The position numbers were made by a program, and so were the translations under genes. Below are positions 39,120 to 49,057 of a stretch of DNA of 64,000 nucleotides, in pieces. The notes below the pieces were generated by a model. The model was not told the origin of the DNA. It saw nothing but the letters and a program-made list of their open reading frames with translations, and searched no databases. The stretch comes from Blepharisma stoltei ATCC 30299 (Eukaryota > Protista > Ciliophora). Every line of letters starts with the position of its first letter. Position 1 is the first letter of the stretch. The stretch covers positions 877,960 through 941,959 of the forward strand of contig CBFDEM010000020.1 of the NCBI GenBank assembly GCA_965603825.1. Reading direction: 5' to 3'.

Positions 39120-39612
39120 ATGGGGATCAGGCAGAATTTACTTTTCCTTGCAGATATAGTCATTCAGATAATGCATGTCACCAGTATATTGGAGCCCAAT
39201 ATGTTGAATATACTTGATTTTTCTATCGCCAACACCTAAAAAGATTTGAATTCAAATTACATAAGTATTAAGCCTCTTTTCTTATTTAAAATCAGCTTAC
39301 AAATACCTTGTTGGGGCGACAAAAATGATGCAAATAATTATGCAAATATATCTATTATGTGTGAATCTGCGAAAGCACAAAGTTTGCTAACTACACTGGA
39401 GGAGTTTATATCGAAATTACAGGAGATTCTAGAGCTAGTCAATTGTGTCAGTTGTAGGCTGTGGAATAGACACGCCCACGAAAACTCAATACTGGATAGG
39501 AAGAAATTCTTGGGACATATTTTGGGGCGAGTATGGATTTTTCAGGATGCAAATGTTGAGAGATAACCTTGGTATTGATACTTATAGTGTCTGTATTCCT
39601 ATTTTTTATAAA
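39120..39612 (+). pseudogene. Decayed cathepsin Z-like copy (second domain)
   Basis: Frameshifted homology to copy 1 (ttcttatttaaaatcagc..ccttgttggggcgacaaaaatgatgcaa; QYWIGRNSWDIFWGEYGFFRMQMLRDNLGID). Confidence 0.85.
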
Positions 39613-39770
39613 TTAATTGAATTATTCAATTAATTAAAAAGGGTTTATTATATGGCTCTATCAGAAGTTAAATCTAAAACTTCATTTATAGAATAATGAT
39701 TAAGGCAAATAATGTAATAAATAAAACACTTGGCAAAAAGAGTATGAGCTTGTGCAAATCATAAGAAATT

Positions 39771-39823
39771 AATAAGGCCAAATATCCATTTTTTAATTCA
39801 ACACCATTTATGGGGAAATAATG
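39771..39823 (+). promoter_or_regulatory. Conserved 5' element, copy 3 (ACCATTTATGGGGAAATAATG)
   Basis: Same motif as before copies 1 and 2. Confidence 0.6.
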
Positions 39824-41524
39824 TTTAGCTCGAAGCTAACCTTTGCAACTCTTGCTATCCTTATCGTTTTTACGGCTTCCAGATATGCTGGTCCCAGCAA
39901 CCATGCTTCTCAGGAACTAAGTGCTCCTACAAGCCTATTTTGGGGTAAAAATAATGGCATCAGCTATCTTACAGTAACAAGAAACCACAACATTCCTCAA
40001 TTCTGCACAAGCTCTTGGGCTGTCGCTTCAACCACAGTCCTTTCTGACCGCTTCAAGGTCCTCAGGAATTCTTCATGGCCTGACTATAACATTTCTCCTC
40101 AAGTGGCCCTAAGTTGCATTTCAGGAGTTCAAGGATGCACTACAGAAGGTGACCCAGTTTCAGTCTACCAGTACATTTACCAAAATGGAATAACTGACGA
40201 AACCTGTGCAAGCTACCAAGCCCGCGATTTTTCTAATGGAATTGCATGTGACAGATTAGCTGTATGCAAGAATTGTTTACCTAATGGAAAATGTGACATT
40301 CCTAACAGATACTTCATTTACAATATCACTGGGTTCGCAGTCGCCAAAGGAGTAACTCAGATGGTAAACGCTTTACAAAGCGGCCCTATTGTCTGTAGGA
40401 TTGGTGTAACATCCCAATTCCAAAACTATCAGAATGGAATTCTTACACCGACTGCTGGCGCTCAAGTTCTTTTTACCTCTTACGTTTCAATTGTAGGATA
40501 TGGAGCCAGTGCTACTGGGACTAATTACTGGATTGGCAGGAATTCTTGGGGAACTGTATGGGGAGATGCAGGTTTCTTTAACTTGGTCAGTGGAAATGAC
40601 GCTTTGGGAGTCGAGGATTATTGTGTTTATCCAACTCCTAATAAAACAATTACTGTAGTTACTACTAACAATCAAGGAGAAGAAAAAAGATCTTATGTAG
40701 ATATTGCTGATCTCCATAAGCTTGAAGAAGAGCCAATTCAAGGCTATCTTAGAGCCAAGCCAGTAACTGAGGAAACTCTTAGCGCTGTTCCTGCAAGCTG
40801 GGTCTGGAGCGACGTCAAAGGTAAAAACTACCTATCCTGGGTCAGAAACCAAAACATCCCACAATACTGTGAAGCTTCCTGGGCCTTTGCTGCCACATCT
40901 TCCCTTACCGACCGCTTCAACATTTTGATTTTCAACGACACTTTTCCTCAATTCACCATTTCACCACAAGTCCTCCTAAACTGTGGAGTCGGAAACTGCA
41001 CTGGTGGAGATCCAACAGCAGTTTACAATTATGCTCGCATGAATGGAATCCCAGACGACACCTGCCAACAATATGTAGGCGACTTTTCTGAAACCTGCAA
41101 TAGTGCACAAGTATGCCAAGCTTGCGTATCTCCAGCACCAGCTAATGACACTGAAAATTCAGTCTGCAATCCAACTACTCCTGCACACTTATTTAAAGTC
41201 GGGAATTATGGCAATCTTGCAGGAGTCACCAAGATGAAGCAAGAAATTTACAATAATGGGCCAATCACATGCGGAATCTATGCAAGCAAAGCTTTTGCAG
41301 CCTACACTGGAGGGATTTTTAAGGAAATTTCTAGAAGCACCACAATCAGCAACTTTGTGTCTGTTGTGGGTTGGGGAATTGAAAAATCCACGAACACTGA
41401 GTACTGGGTTGGAAGGAATTCTTGGGGAACCAGCTGGGGTGAGTATGGGTACTTCAAGATGCAGATGTATAGAGATAACCTTGGGATTGAAACTGACTGC
41501 ACTTGGGCAATTCCAAGCTTTTAA
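39821..41524 (+). CDS. Double-domain cathepsin Z-like protein 3 (567 aa), predicted pseudoprotease
   Basis: RNHNIPQFCTSSW and RNQNIPQYCEASW; His positions are Ser and Asn. Confidence 0.9.
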   Translation: MFSSKLTFATLAILIVFTASRYAGPSNHASQELSAPTSLFWGKNNGISYLTVTRNHNIPQFCTSSWAVASTTVLSDRFKVLRNSSWPDYNISPQVALSCISGVQGCTTEGDPVSVYQYIYQNGITDETCASYQARDFSNGIACDRLAVCKNCLPNGKCDIPNRYFIYNITGFAVAKGVTQMVNALQSGPIVCRIGVTSQFQNYQNGILTPTAGAQVLFTSYVSIVGYGASATGTNYWIGRNSWGTVWGDAGFFNLVSGNDALGVEDYCVYPTPNKTITVVTTNNQGEEKRSYVDIADLHKLEEEPIQGYLRAKPVTEETLSAVPASWVWSDVKGKNYLSWVRNQNIPQYCEASWAFAATSSLTDRFNILIFNDTFPQFTISPQVLLNCGVGNCTGGDPTAVYNYARMNGIPDDTCQQYVGDFSETCNSAQVCQACVSPAPANDTENSVCNPTTPAHLFKVGNYGNLAGVTKMKQEIYNNGPITCGIYASKAFAAYTGGIFKEISRSTTISNFVSVVGWGIEKSTNTEYWVGRNSWGTSWGEYGYFKMQMYRDNLGIETDCTWAIPSF

Positions 41525-41689
41525 GCAATAAGTTAATTCATTAAACATCGCCACAATTTTTAAGTTTCAAATAAAACCGTTTTTATATATTGCAAGAAAA
41601 AATATAGCGAATCTTTGCTTCATTATATTTCCTATCGTAATAAGCACATTTCTCTGTTATTTACTCACATTTTATACGTGGAGAATAAT

Positions 41690-43453
41690 ATGTCGAGGTT
41701 TTTGCTTCAACATTTACTGATAGTTCTTTTTATTTCTTCTGCTTCTGGCTGCTTTATTAAGAACAATGACATCGTCCCTCCGCATTCGGCCCCAGAAACC
41801 CTTGTTGAGCCTTCAAGTCTTCCTTCTTATTTATTTTGGGGAAATTACAGTGGCATCAACTACCTCACAGTTTCAAGAAACCAGCACATCCCTCAATACT
41901 GCGGTGGCTGCTGGTCCTTTGCCTCCACTTCTGCCCTTGCTGACCGCTTTAAGATTCTCCGTAATGCGACATGGCCTGATTACAATATTGCCCCACAAGT
42001 TCCAATCTCTTGTGATTATCTGAGTTTTGGCTGCAATGGGGGAGATCCTATGACTGTTTATAAGTACATATATGACCGTGGGATCACTGATGAAACCTGT
42101 GCCACTTACCAAGCCAAAGATAGAGACAATGGGCTTGAATGCACAAGGCTATCAAGATGTAAAACTTGCTACAGTAACGGAAAATGCGACATTCCTGACA
42201 CCCATCTTGTTTACAACGTAACTACTTATGGCTCAGCCATTGGCGAAACCCAAATGCTAAACGCTTTACAAAATGGTCCAATTGCCTGTGCAATGGATGC
42301 TACAAATGAATTCGAAAACTACACAGGAGGGATTTTCATTCCTACAGACCACGAGGTTGTCACCAATCATGTCGTAGAGCTTGTAGGCTATGGGGTAGAA
42401 AATAATACCAAATATTGGATTGGGAGAAATTCCTGGGGCACTTATTGGGGAGAAAAAGGACTCTTTAGGATCATTAGAGGAAAAGATGCCCTAGCTATTG
42501 AAGAATACTGCGCTTGGGCAACCCCAGATCCAGTTGTAAAACAGGTAAATAAGACCTTGGTAGAGGAAAAGACAGTAGCGGAGCTCAAGATATTAGAAGC
42601 TTTTGAGAGACCTGAAAAAGCAGGCTGTAGAGTAGAAAAATCAGAACTAAAACTGCAGGCAGAAGCAAATGGGTATGTGATAGAAGAAAACGCTGCTCCA
42701 GCACTCCCAGCAGCTTGGGACTGGAGAAACATGTCTGGGCTGAACTACATGTCCTGGACAAGGAACATGAATAACCCACAGTTCTGTGGGGCCTGCTGGG
42801 CACACGCAGCTACGTCTTGTATTGCAGACAGAATCAATATTCTAAGAAATGACACTGTTGCCCAGATTTCTATATCTCCACAGGTAATTCTCAATTGTAA
42901 TGCAGGCGGCAACTGCACAAGTGGAGACCCAATTGGGGTTTATAAATTCGCCCAGCAATATGGTCTTCCGGATGATACTTGCCAACAATATCTTGCAGAG
43001 CCAGTAGAAAATGCGACTTGCACAGCACGACAAGTCTGTGAAACCTGCATCCCGCCTCCTCCTAAAGAGGGACAAACTTCTAATTGTTCAGCTATAACAA
43101 ATCCTCCTCTCTGGTATGTTGGGTCTTATGGGTTTTTAGCTGGAGTTACGAAAATGAAGCAAGAAATTTATACAAACGGGCCAATCAGCTGCGGAATTTA
43201 CTACTCAAAATCTTTTGAAAACTACAAAGGTGGCATTTTCAGCGAGCTAACAATGACTACAAAGGTCAATTATGAAGTCGCCTTAGTAGGTTGGGGAGTC
43301 AATAAAGCAGGCACTGAATATTGGATTGGTAGAAACTCACAAGGCACAATGTGGGGCGAAAGTGGATTCTTCAGAATCCAAATGTACAGAGACAATCTCG
43401 GTATTGAAACAGACTGCAGTTGGGCAATCCCTAATATAACCAGAACTAACTAA
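41690..43453 (+). CDS. Double-domain cathepsin Z-like protease 4 (587 aa); domain 1 intact, domain 2 probably inactive
   Basis: Domain 1: RNQHIPQYCGGCW, NHVVELVGYG, RNSWG (complete Q/C/H/N set with the cathepsin X HIP mini-loop). Domain 2: RNMNNPQFCGACW, NYEVALVGWG (H->Y), RNSQG. Confidence 0.92.
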   Translation: MSRFLLQHLLIVLFISSASGCFIKNNDIVPPHSAPETLVEPSSLPSYLFWGNYSGINYLTVSRNQHIPQYCGGCWSFASTSALADRFKILRNATWPDYNIAPQVPISCDYLSFGCNGGDPMTVYKYIYDRGITDETCATYQAKDRDNGLECTRLSRCKTCYSNGKCDIPDTHLVYNVTTYGSAIGETQMLNALQNGPIACAMDATNEFENYTGGIFIPTDHEVVTNHVVELVGYGVENNTKYWIGRNSWGTYWGEKGLFRIIRGKDALAIEEYCAWATPDPVVKQVNKTLVEEKTVAELKILEAFERPEKAGCRVEKSELKLQAEANGYVIEENAAPALPAAWDWRNMSGLNYMSWTRNMNNPQFCGACWAHAATSCIADRINILRNDTVAQISISPQVILNCNAGGNCTSGDPIGVYKFAQQYGLPDDTCQQYLAEPVENATCTARQVCETCIPPPPKEGQTSNCSAITNPPLWYVGSYGFLAGVTKMKQEIYTNGPISCGIYYSKSFENYKGGIFSELTMTTKVNYEVALVGWGVNKAGTEYWIGRNSQGTMWGESGFFRIQMYRDNLGIETDCSWAIPNITRTN

Positions 43454-43468
43454 TTTAGATTAATAAAT

Positions 43469-44116
43469 ATGCATAATGTCAAAGCTATACAAAAATTAAA
43501 CGAAGAAGAGCTGAAGCTAAATATTTCAGGCGATGCCTCTTGGCATGCGAAATATAAAGATAGCGCTTATGTGTTTGTAGGAGGACTGAATTATGACATG
43601 AATGAAGGGGATATTATACAAGTTATGAGCCAATGTGGAGAAATAGTGGACTGCAATTTAATAAGAGATAAAGATACAGGAAAGAGTAAAGGATTTGCAT
43701 TTATTGCGTATGAGGATCAGAGGAGCACAATCTTGGCTGTTGATAATTTTAATGGAATTACTCTGTGTGGAAGAATGATCAAGGTAGATCATGTAAATGA
43801 TTATAGGGTAGGAAAAGAATATTTGCAAGTAGATGAAGAAACTGAGATCAAAAATCTATATACGCCATCTGGACCTGAAGGGAAAGGCTGAGGCAAATTT
43901 AGGAGGCTAAATGAAGAAGAACTAAAAAAGCATGAAGAAAGAACAGAGAAATTAGTGTACGACGAGGACGAAAAATGAGAAAAAGAATTTATGAAAAATA
44001 ATGAGAAAAAGCATAAAAAACATAGAGAAAAAGAGCACAAAAAGAAGCATCATAAGCATAGAGAAAAGGAGCACATAAGAAATGAAAAAAGTAAAAAGAA
44101 GCATTCAGAAGATTAA
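43469..44116 (+). CDS. RBMX2: RBMX2/IST3/Snu17 RRM splicing factor (RES complex), 215 aa
   Basis: [57 protein letters not shown]; 2 TGA=W; K/H/E-rich tail. Confidence 0.95.
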
Positions 44117-44199
44117 ATTAATTTATTTGTATACAAAAAAGGATATTATAAGTTTGCGCTGAACTGGTAAAATTTGTTATATTAACTGAACAACTGTTT

Positions 44200-44860
44200 T
44201 CTCAGTTTTTTAGCATTTAAAATTGCTCACATCTTTCTTTTAGACCGTATCCTAATGGGTTGCAATTTATTTAAGCAGACGGGGTATAAAATTCCAGTCC
44301 TTCTTCCAGACTCATCCAAGCTGTTGGACTCATTCATCAAGCATTTATAAATGCACAATGATAGACCCCAAACATATGAAAAAATCTCATAGGTCATGGT
44401 TTTGCTTGCCCTCAGCAATATTTTCTCCTTTGCTTCATCTTACGTAAATTATTATCTAAAAAGCTTGCAAATGCGAACCCCTTTATTCCCTCCAGCGGGA
44501 TCAAAAACAAAATTCCATAACTCTTGGTGATATAAATCAAAATTTTTTATCCCAATCAAGCAATGGCAATTATTAGGGATTTTCATTCTTTTCATATTAT
44601 CGCTGGCATTATATTGAATAAATCCAAGCCTATGTCTTGAAACAGCAATCATTTCCGATAAAAGTTTCATAGAGAGAATTGCTATTTTTCCCTATAAAAG
44701 AAAGCTTTGCAAAAAATTTGATAAAAATTGACGGTATCTTCAGAGTTTAGTCGATGACTTGAATATAAATTTTATTTTAAGAGCCAGGAATTCTTGCTAT
44801 ATCTTGAAATTGGCCAAAGACTTGGCTTTCTTCTTATTAGAGCCCAATAATTTGCTTGGA
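44200..44860 (-). pseudogene. Archaemetzincin (peptidase M54/AMZ-like) pseudogene
   Basis: CLIG..DLY..LWNFVF; LLRASKTMT(Y)EIF-HMFGVYHC-..CLMN.SNSLDES.RR...L.PVCLNKLQ recoverable across frameshifts; internal TAA/TAG stops. Confidence 0.8.
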
Positions 44861-45095
44861 TTAAGAGGAGGCTGAAATAATTTTGCAGAAAAATATTTTT
44901 TAGACCTGGGGCAGCATTTCCAATAGCAGTTCTTCTTCGATTTAAATTTTTATTATAAAAATAATAAATTTAGCAATAAAATTACATTAAAATACAAAAT
45001 AATTCGATTATGCATAGAATATAATCAGAAAAGTTCATATTTAAATTTTCTTTTTCGTGATTTATTTCCTATTATTTTCATTTTTATATACAAAT

Positions 45096-46301
45096 ATGGG
45101 AAACTGTGCTTGCCTCAAAGATCAATCCTCGACCGAAAAGCAGCTTCGAATTAACAAAGATGGGACTGTAGAGATGGAAAAATCCGATCCTCAAAGCCGC
45201 TTAGCATCCCAAGAAACAGTCGCTTTAAAAGAGCTAAAAATCTCCTTATGAGACATAGTAAAGCTGCAAAGTGTCCTTAGAGGCTATATAGATCGCAAAA
45301 AGATCCAAAGTATTAACCTAACAAAATCAGTTGAAGTGAAATTCACCCAAGCTGCTCCTAGTAGCTATCAAGCCTACTCTGCCCCTTCAGATTCAAATAT
45401 TCAGTATAAAGTTAAAACTAACTTTTTTCCTGCAAGTGAAAATATCGTAAGATCTAGCATAAAAGAAATTCCTGAAAGCCAGATCCCTGACTACTCAACT
45501 GCGGCTACAAGACTTGCGTTTTCAAGGCTAGGGCCATTTGCAGCAAAAGAGCTTTTTAAAGATAGTGAGCCTAGAACCAAGCATGGGCCTGTTGAAATGG
45601 AAAACGGAGCTATATATATTGGAGAATGAAACAATAATTATCAAAGACATGGCTTCGGCGTCCAGCTTTGAAATGATGGATCTCGATATGATGGATTTTG
45701 ACTAAACGACAAAGCAAATTTAAAAGGAAGACTGATCCATGGAGATGGAGACGTCTATGAAGGAGAATGAAAAGATGATAAAGCCCACGGCTTTGGAGTC
45801 TATGTCTATATGGACGGAGCCAGATATGAAGGGTATTGGAAAGATGATAAACAGCATGGAGAAGGCACTGAAACTTGGCCCGACGGAGCACGATACCAAG
45901 GAGAATATGCAGGCGGGCAGAAGCAAGGAAGAGGCAGATTTGAATGGGCTGATGGGAGCATTTATGAAGGTGAGTTTAAAGATAATGACATTCATGGGGT
46001 GGGGATTTATATGTGGAGTGACGGCAGAAAATATGTAGGAGAGTGGATACATAACAAAATGGAAGGGACTGGAACTTTTACGTGGAGTGACGGAAGGTCA
46101 TATAAAGGAGGATATGTTGATGATAAAAAACAAGGATATGGAGTGTTTGAGTGGCCTGATGGAAGAAAATATGAAGGTGGCTGATATAATGGAAAACAAC
46201 ATGGGAGTGGATTTTATTATACTTCAAATGGAAGTAAAAGAGAAGGAGAATGGAAAGACGGCAAAAGAGTGAAATGGATGACTAACGATCTAGATAAGTA
46301 A
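45096..46301 (+). CDS. MORN-repeat protein with N-terminal acylation motif and IQ motif (401 aa)
   Basis: MGNCAC; [13 protein letters not shown]; repeated YEGEWKDDK.HG.G units; 6 TGA=W, most at conserved MORN Trp sites. Confidence 0.92.
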
Positions 46302-46475
46302 TATTTTAATATATGATAATAAATTTGAAATTTTAGGAAAATGATTTTTAATGTATTTGAGAAATCTTATCCAAGCTAAATTTCACTGATTTTATTAAGA
46401 AATAGACTACAAAATCTTATTTTCTATAGAATAAACTGTCAAAAAGCATACCATTATTATACTATTTTAAAAATT

Positions 46476-47645
46476 ATGGGAAATTGCTCTTGCCTCAAAT
46501 GTCCTGGCGAAAACGAAAAATCTACTATGGAAAATTTCCACGAAATGCAAAAACCCAGTCTCAAACAAAAACTCCTATGTGGTGACAAAAAGCCTCAAAC
46601 TGAAATTCAAATCAGCATGTGGGAAATCGTCCGCCTCCAAAGTGTCCTTCGTGGCTATTTAGAGCGTAAAAAAACTCATATCATTAACAGAACAAAATCA
46701 ATAAAAGCACAATTTAGCTCAGCCATACCAGACCCCTTAACTGAAAGCTCTCCCCAAATTAAGCCAAAAAAACAATTTCTACCTTCTTCTCTGTCCACAA
46801 TTACCAGATCATTTTTAAAAGAAATCCCAGAAGAAGATATTCCTGACTACTCCACAGCAGCAAGTAGAGCTACCTTAGCCAAGCTTGGGCCTTATAAAAT
46901 AGATGAACCATTTCCTGAAAATGAGCCTAGAATGAAGCACAACCCAGTCGAGCTGGAAAATGGAGCTATTTATATAGGAGAATGGAATAAAAATAATCAA
47001 AGGCACGGGTTTGGGCTGCAACTCTTTACTGACGGGTCTCAATATGAAGGGTATTGGATAAAAGATAAAGCAAACATAAAAGGAAGATTAGTCCACGACG
47101 ATGGCGATGTCTATGATGGCGAGTGAAAGGACGATAAGGCTTGTGGATATGGAATTTATGTATATATTGATGGGGCAAGATATGAAGGAGACTGAAAAAA
47201 TGATAAACAAAATGGCATAGGGACTGAGTATTGGCCTGATGGAGCGAAATATCAAGGAGAGTATTTAGCTGGCCTAAAACATGGAAAAGGAAAATTCGAA
47301 TGGGCAGATGGAAGTACCTATGAAGGGGACTTTAAAGACAATGATATTCATGGGCTTGGGGTTTATACATGATGTGATGGGAGAAAATATATAGGAGAAT
47401 GGGCAAAGAATAAAATGCATGGGAGAGGGACTTTTACTTGGAGTGATGGGAGATCGTATAAAGGGGAGTATGCTGAGGATAAAAAGCAAGGATTTGGAGT
47501 TTTTGAGTGGCCTGATGGAAGAAAGTTTGAAGGAAACTGATATAATGGCAATCAGAATGGGGTCGGCTGGTATTCAACTACAAATGGGTTGAAAAAGAAA
47601 GGTGAGTGGAAAGATGGGAAAAGAATAGCATGGATTACTGAATAA
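46476..47645 (+). CDS. MORN-repeat protein, tandem paralogue (389 aa)
   Basis: MGNCSC; [13 protein letters not shown]; MORN repeats; 4 TGA=W; TAA at 47643. Confidence 0.92.
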
Positions 47646-47931
47646 TTATATAATTTTGTTTATGCCTGCTTTTTGAAATATTTTTAAAATCATATTGGAG
47701 TAAACAGAAATATAATAGACTAAGGCATGCCAGAAAACTATGAATAATAATATTAATCGATAGAATTATATATAAATAGAGATTATTTATTCAGGAGTTT
47801 TCATATTAAGAGCCAAGCTATATGGATATAGCATAAATTTGAACTTATCTAATTTACGAGTGCTATCACAATTAAACGAAATATATAAGATTTCTATTAT
47901 TCCAAACAATAAAGATCAAAATATAATAAAA

Positions 47932-48981
47932 ATGAACATAAGGCAACTCCTAAATGAGCAACACGAAATTGCTAGTTTTCTCGGCCCCAACGATTTTTCT
48001 GACTTTGACTTTATACGAAAATCGAGTTTAAGAGATTTAATTCCTACACTTCTATTTACTTATTTGGAATTTTCAGTAAGCTATTTCAATGATCAAAATC
48101 TTATCCTTAAATTTCGAGCTTTTCTTTTGAGTAAAGCAATCTGAAATAGAACTGTTCAAGAGCTTGACTATATCATTGGAAATACGGTGGCCAATAAAAT
48201 AAACTTTTTAAATGAAATATATGCCGATTTTTTTGAAGATTTAAAGAAGGTGGCTGATAAATTGAGCATATCAAAAGATTTCTCTGAAAAAAATGTTTTA
48301 TTTCACATAATGAAGATTATTACTGTAGATCTAGAGTTTAATATAGTTATTTTTAACAAAAATAGAAGAAAACTATTCCATAAAAGTGCTGACAGCTATT
48401 TTTGTATTCCTATTTTTAGAAGAAAAGGGAACTTTTATGTTTTGTATCCTTCTAATCCGCAGTATCTCCAAAATCTTTATGCAAATACAATTGAAAAGAA
48501 GGATAAATTGTTTATGCACTGTGGACATCATTTTGAGCCAAATAGGGTTTCAAGTACAAATATTAGCTGCAAAAAATGTAATGAAAGGCTATATTCAGCT
48601 GAAATAAAAATTAGTTATCCCGAGCAAAATAAAAAAGATATTGATAATAGCCATTCTTATGAAGAAAAAAAGGTATATAGAAAAGTGGAGCCTCATAAAA
48701 ATCAAAACCAAGGATTGGATGGATTTAATAAAGCTTATAAATGCTCAGATTGCCATAAACCCGTTTGCTTGTACTGCAGCGTAAGTAATAAAAACTACAA
48801 TGAAGTTCATAAAAAATCCACAAGGCCAAGCGGAAACAAATGCAGATATTGCAAAAAAGGTTTCAATAAAGAAATGAGAGGATATATAAAAAAATTAGCA
48901 GACCATGCCAGAAATATTGGCATGCAAGATGAATTCCATCTAGATAATTATTGCATAGAAAACTTTATCTCAAAGCAATAG
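47932..48981 (+). CDS. Hypothetical protein with C-terminal Cys/His clusters (~349 aa; start uncertain)
   Basis: Two ORFs joined by TGA at 48142; CGHHF..CKKC, CSDC..CLYC, CRYC..H..C. The frame is open upstream to ~47776 without an ATG. Confidence 0.6.
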
Positions 48982-49057
48982 CTTTCCATAAATGCAATTA
49001 AGCAGCACACTAACTGCATCCATTTGAATATTAAATAAGAAATCATTTAGTCATAAT

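Noticed and set aside
34232-41524. Silicatein-like serine catalysis in the Cys->Ser copies
   Set aside because: Silicateins retain the catalytic His; here it is replaced in every Ser-type domain.
9560-45057. TTG/GTG starts in the ORF track (9560, 13446, 36570, 41615, 45057)
   Set aside because: This is a eukaryotic locus; downstream ATGs preceded by A-rich context give proper signal peptides or MG motifs.
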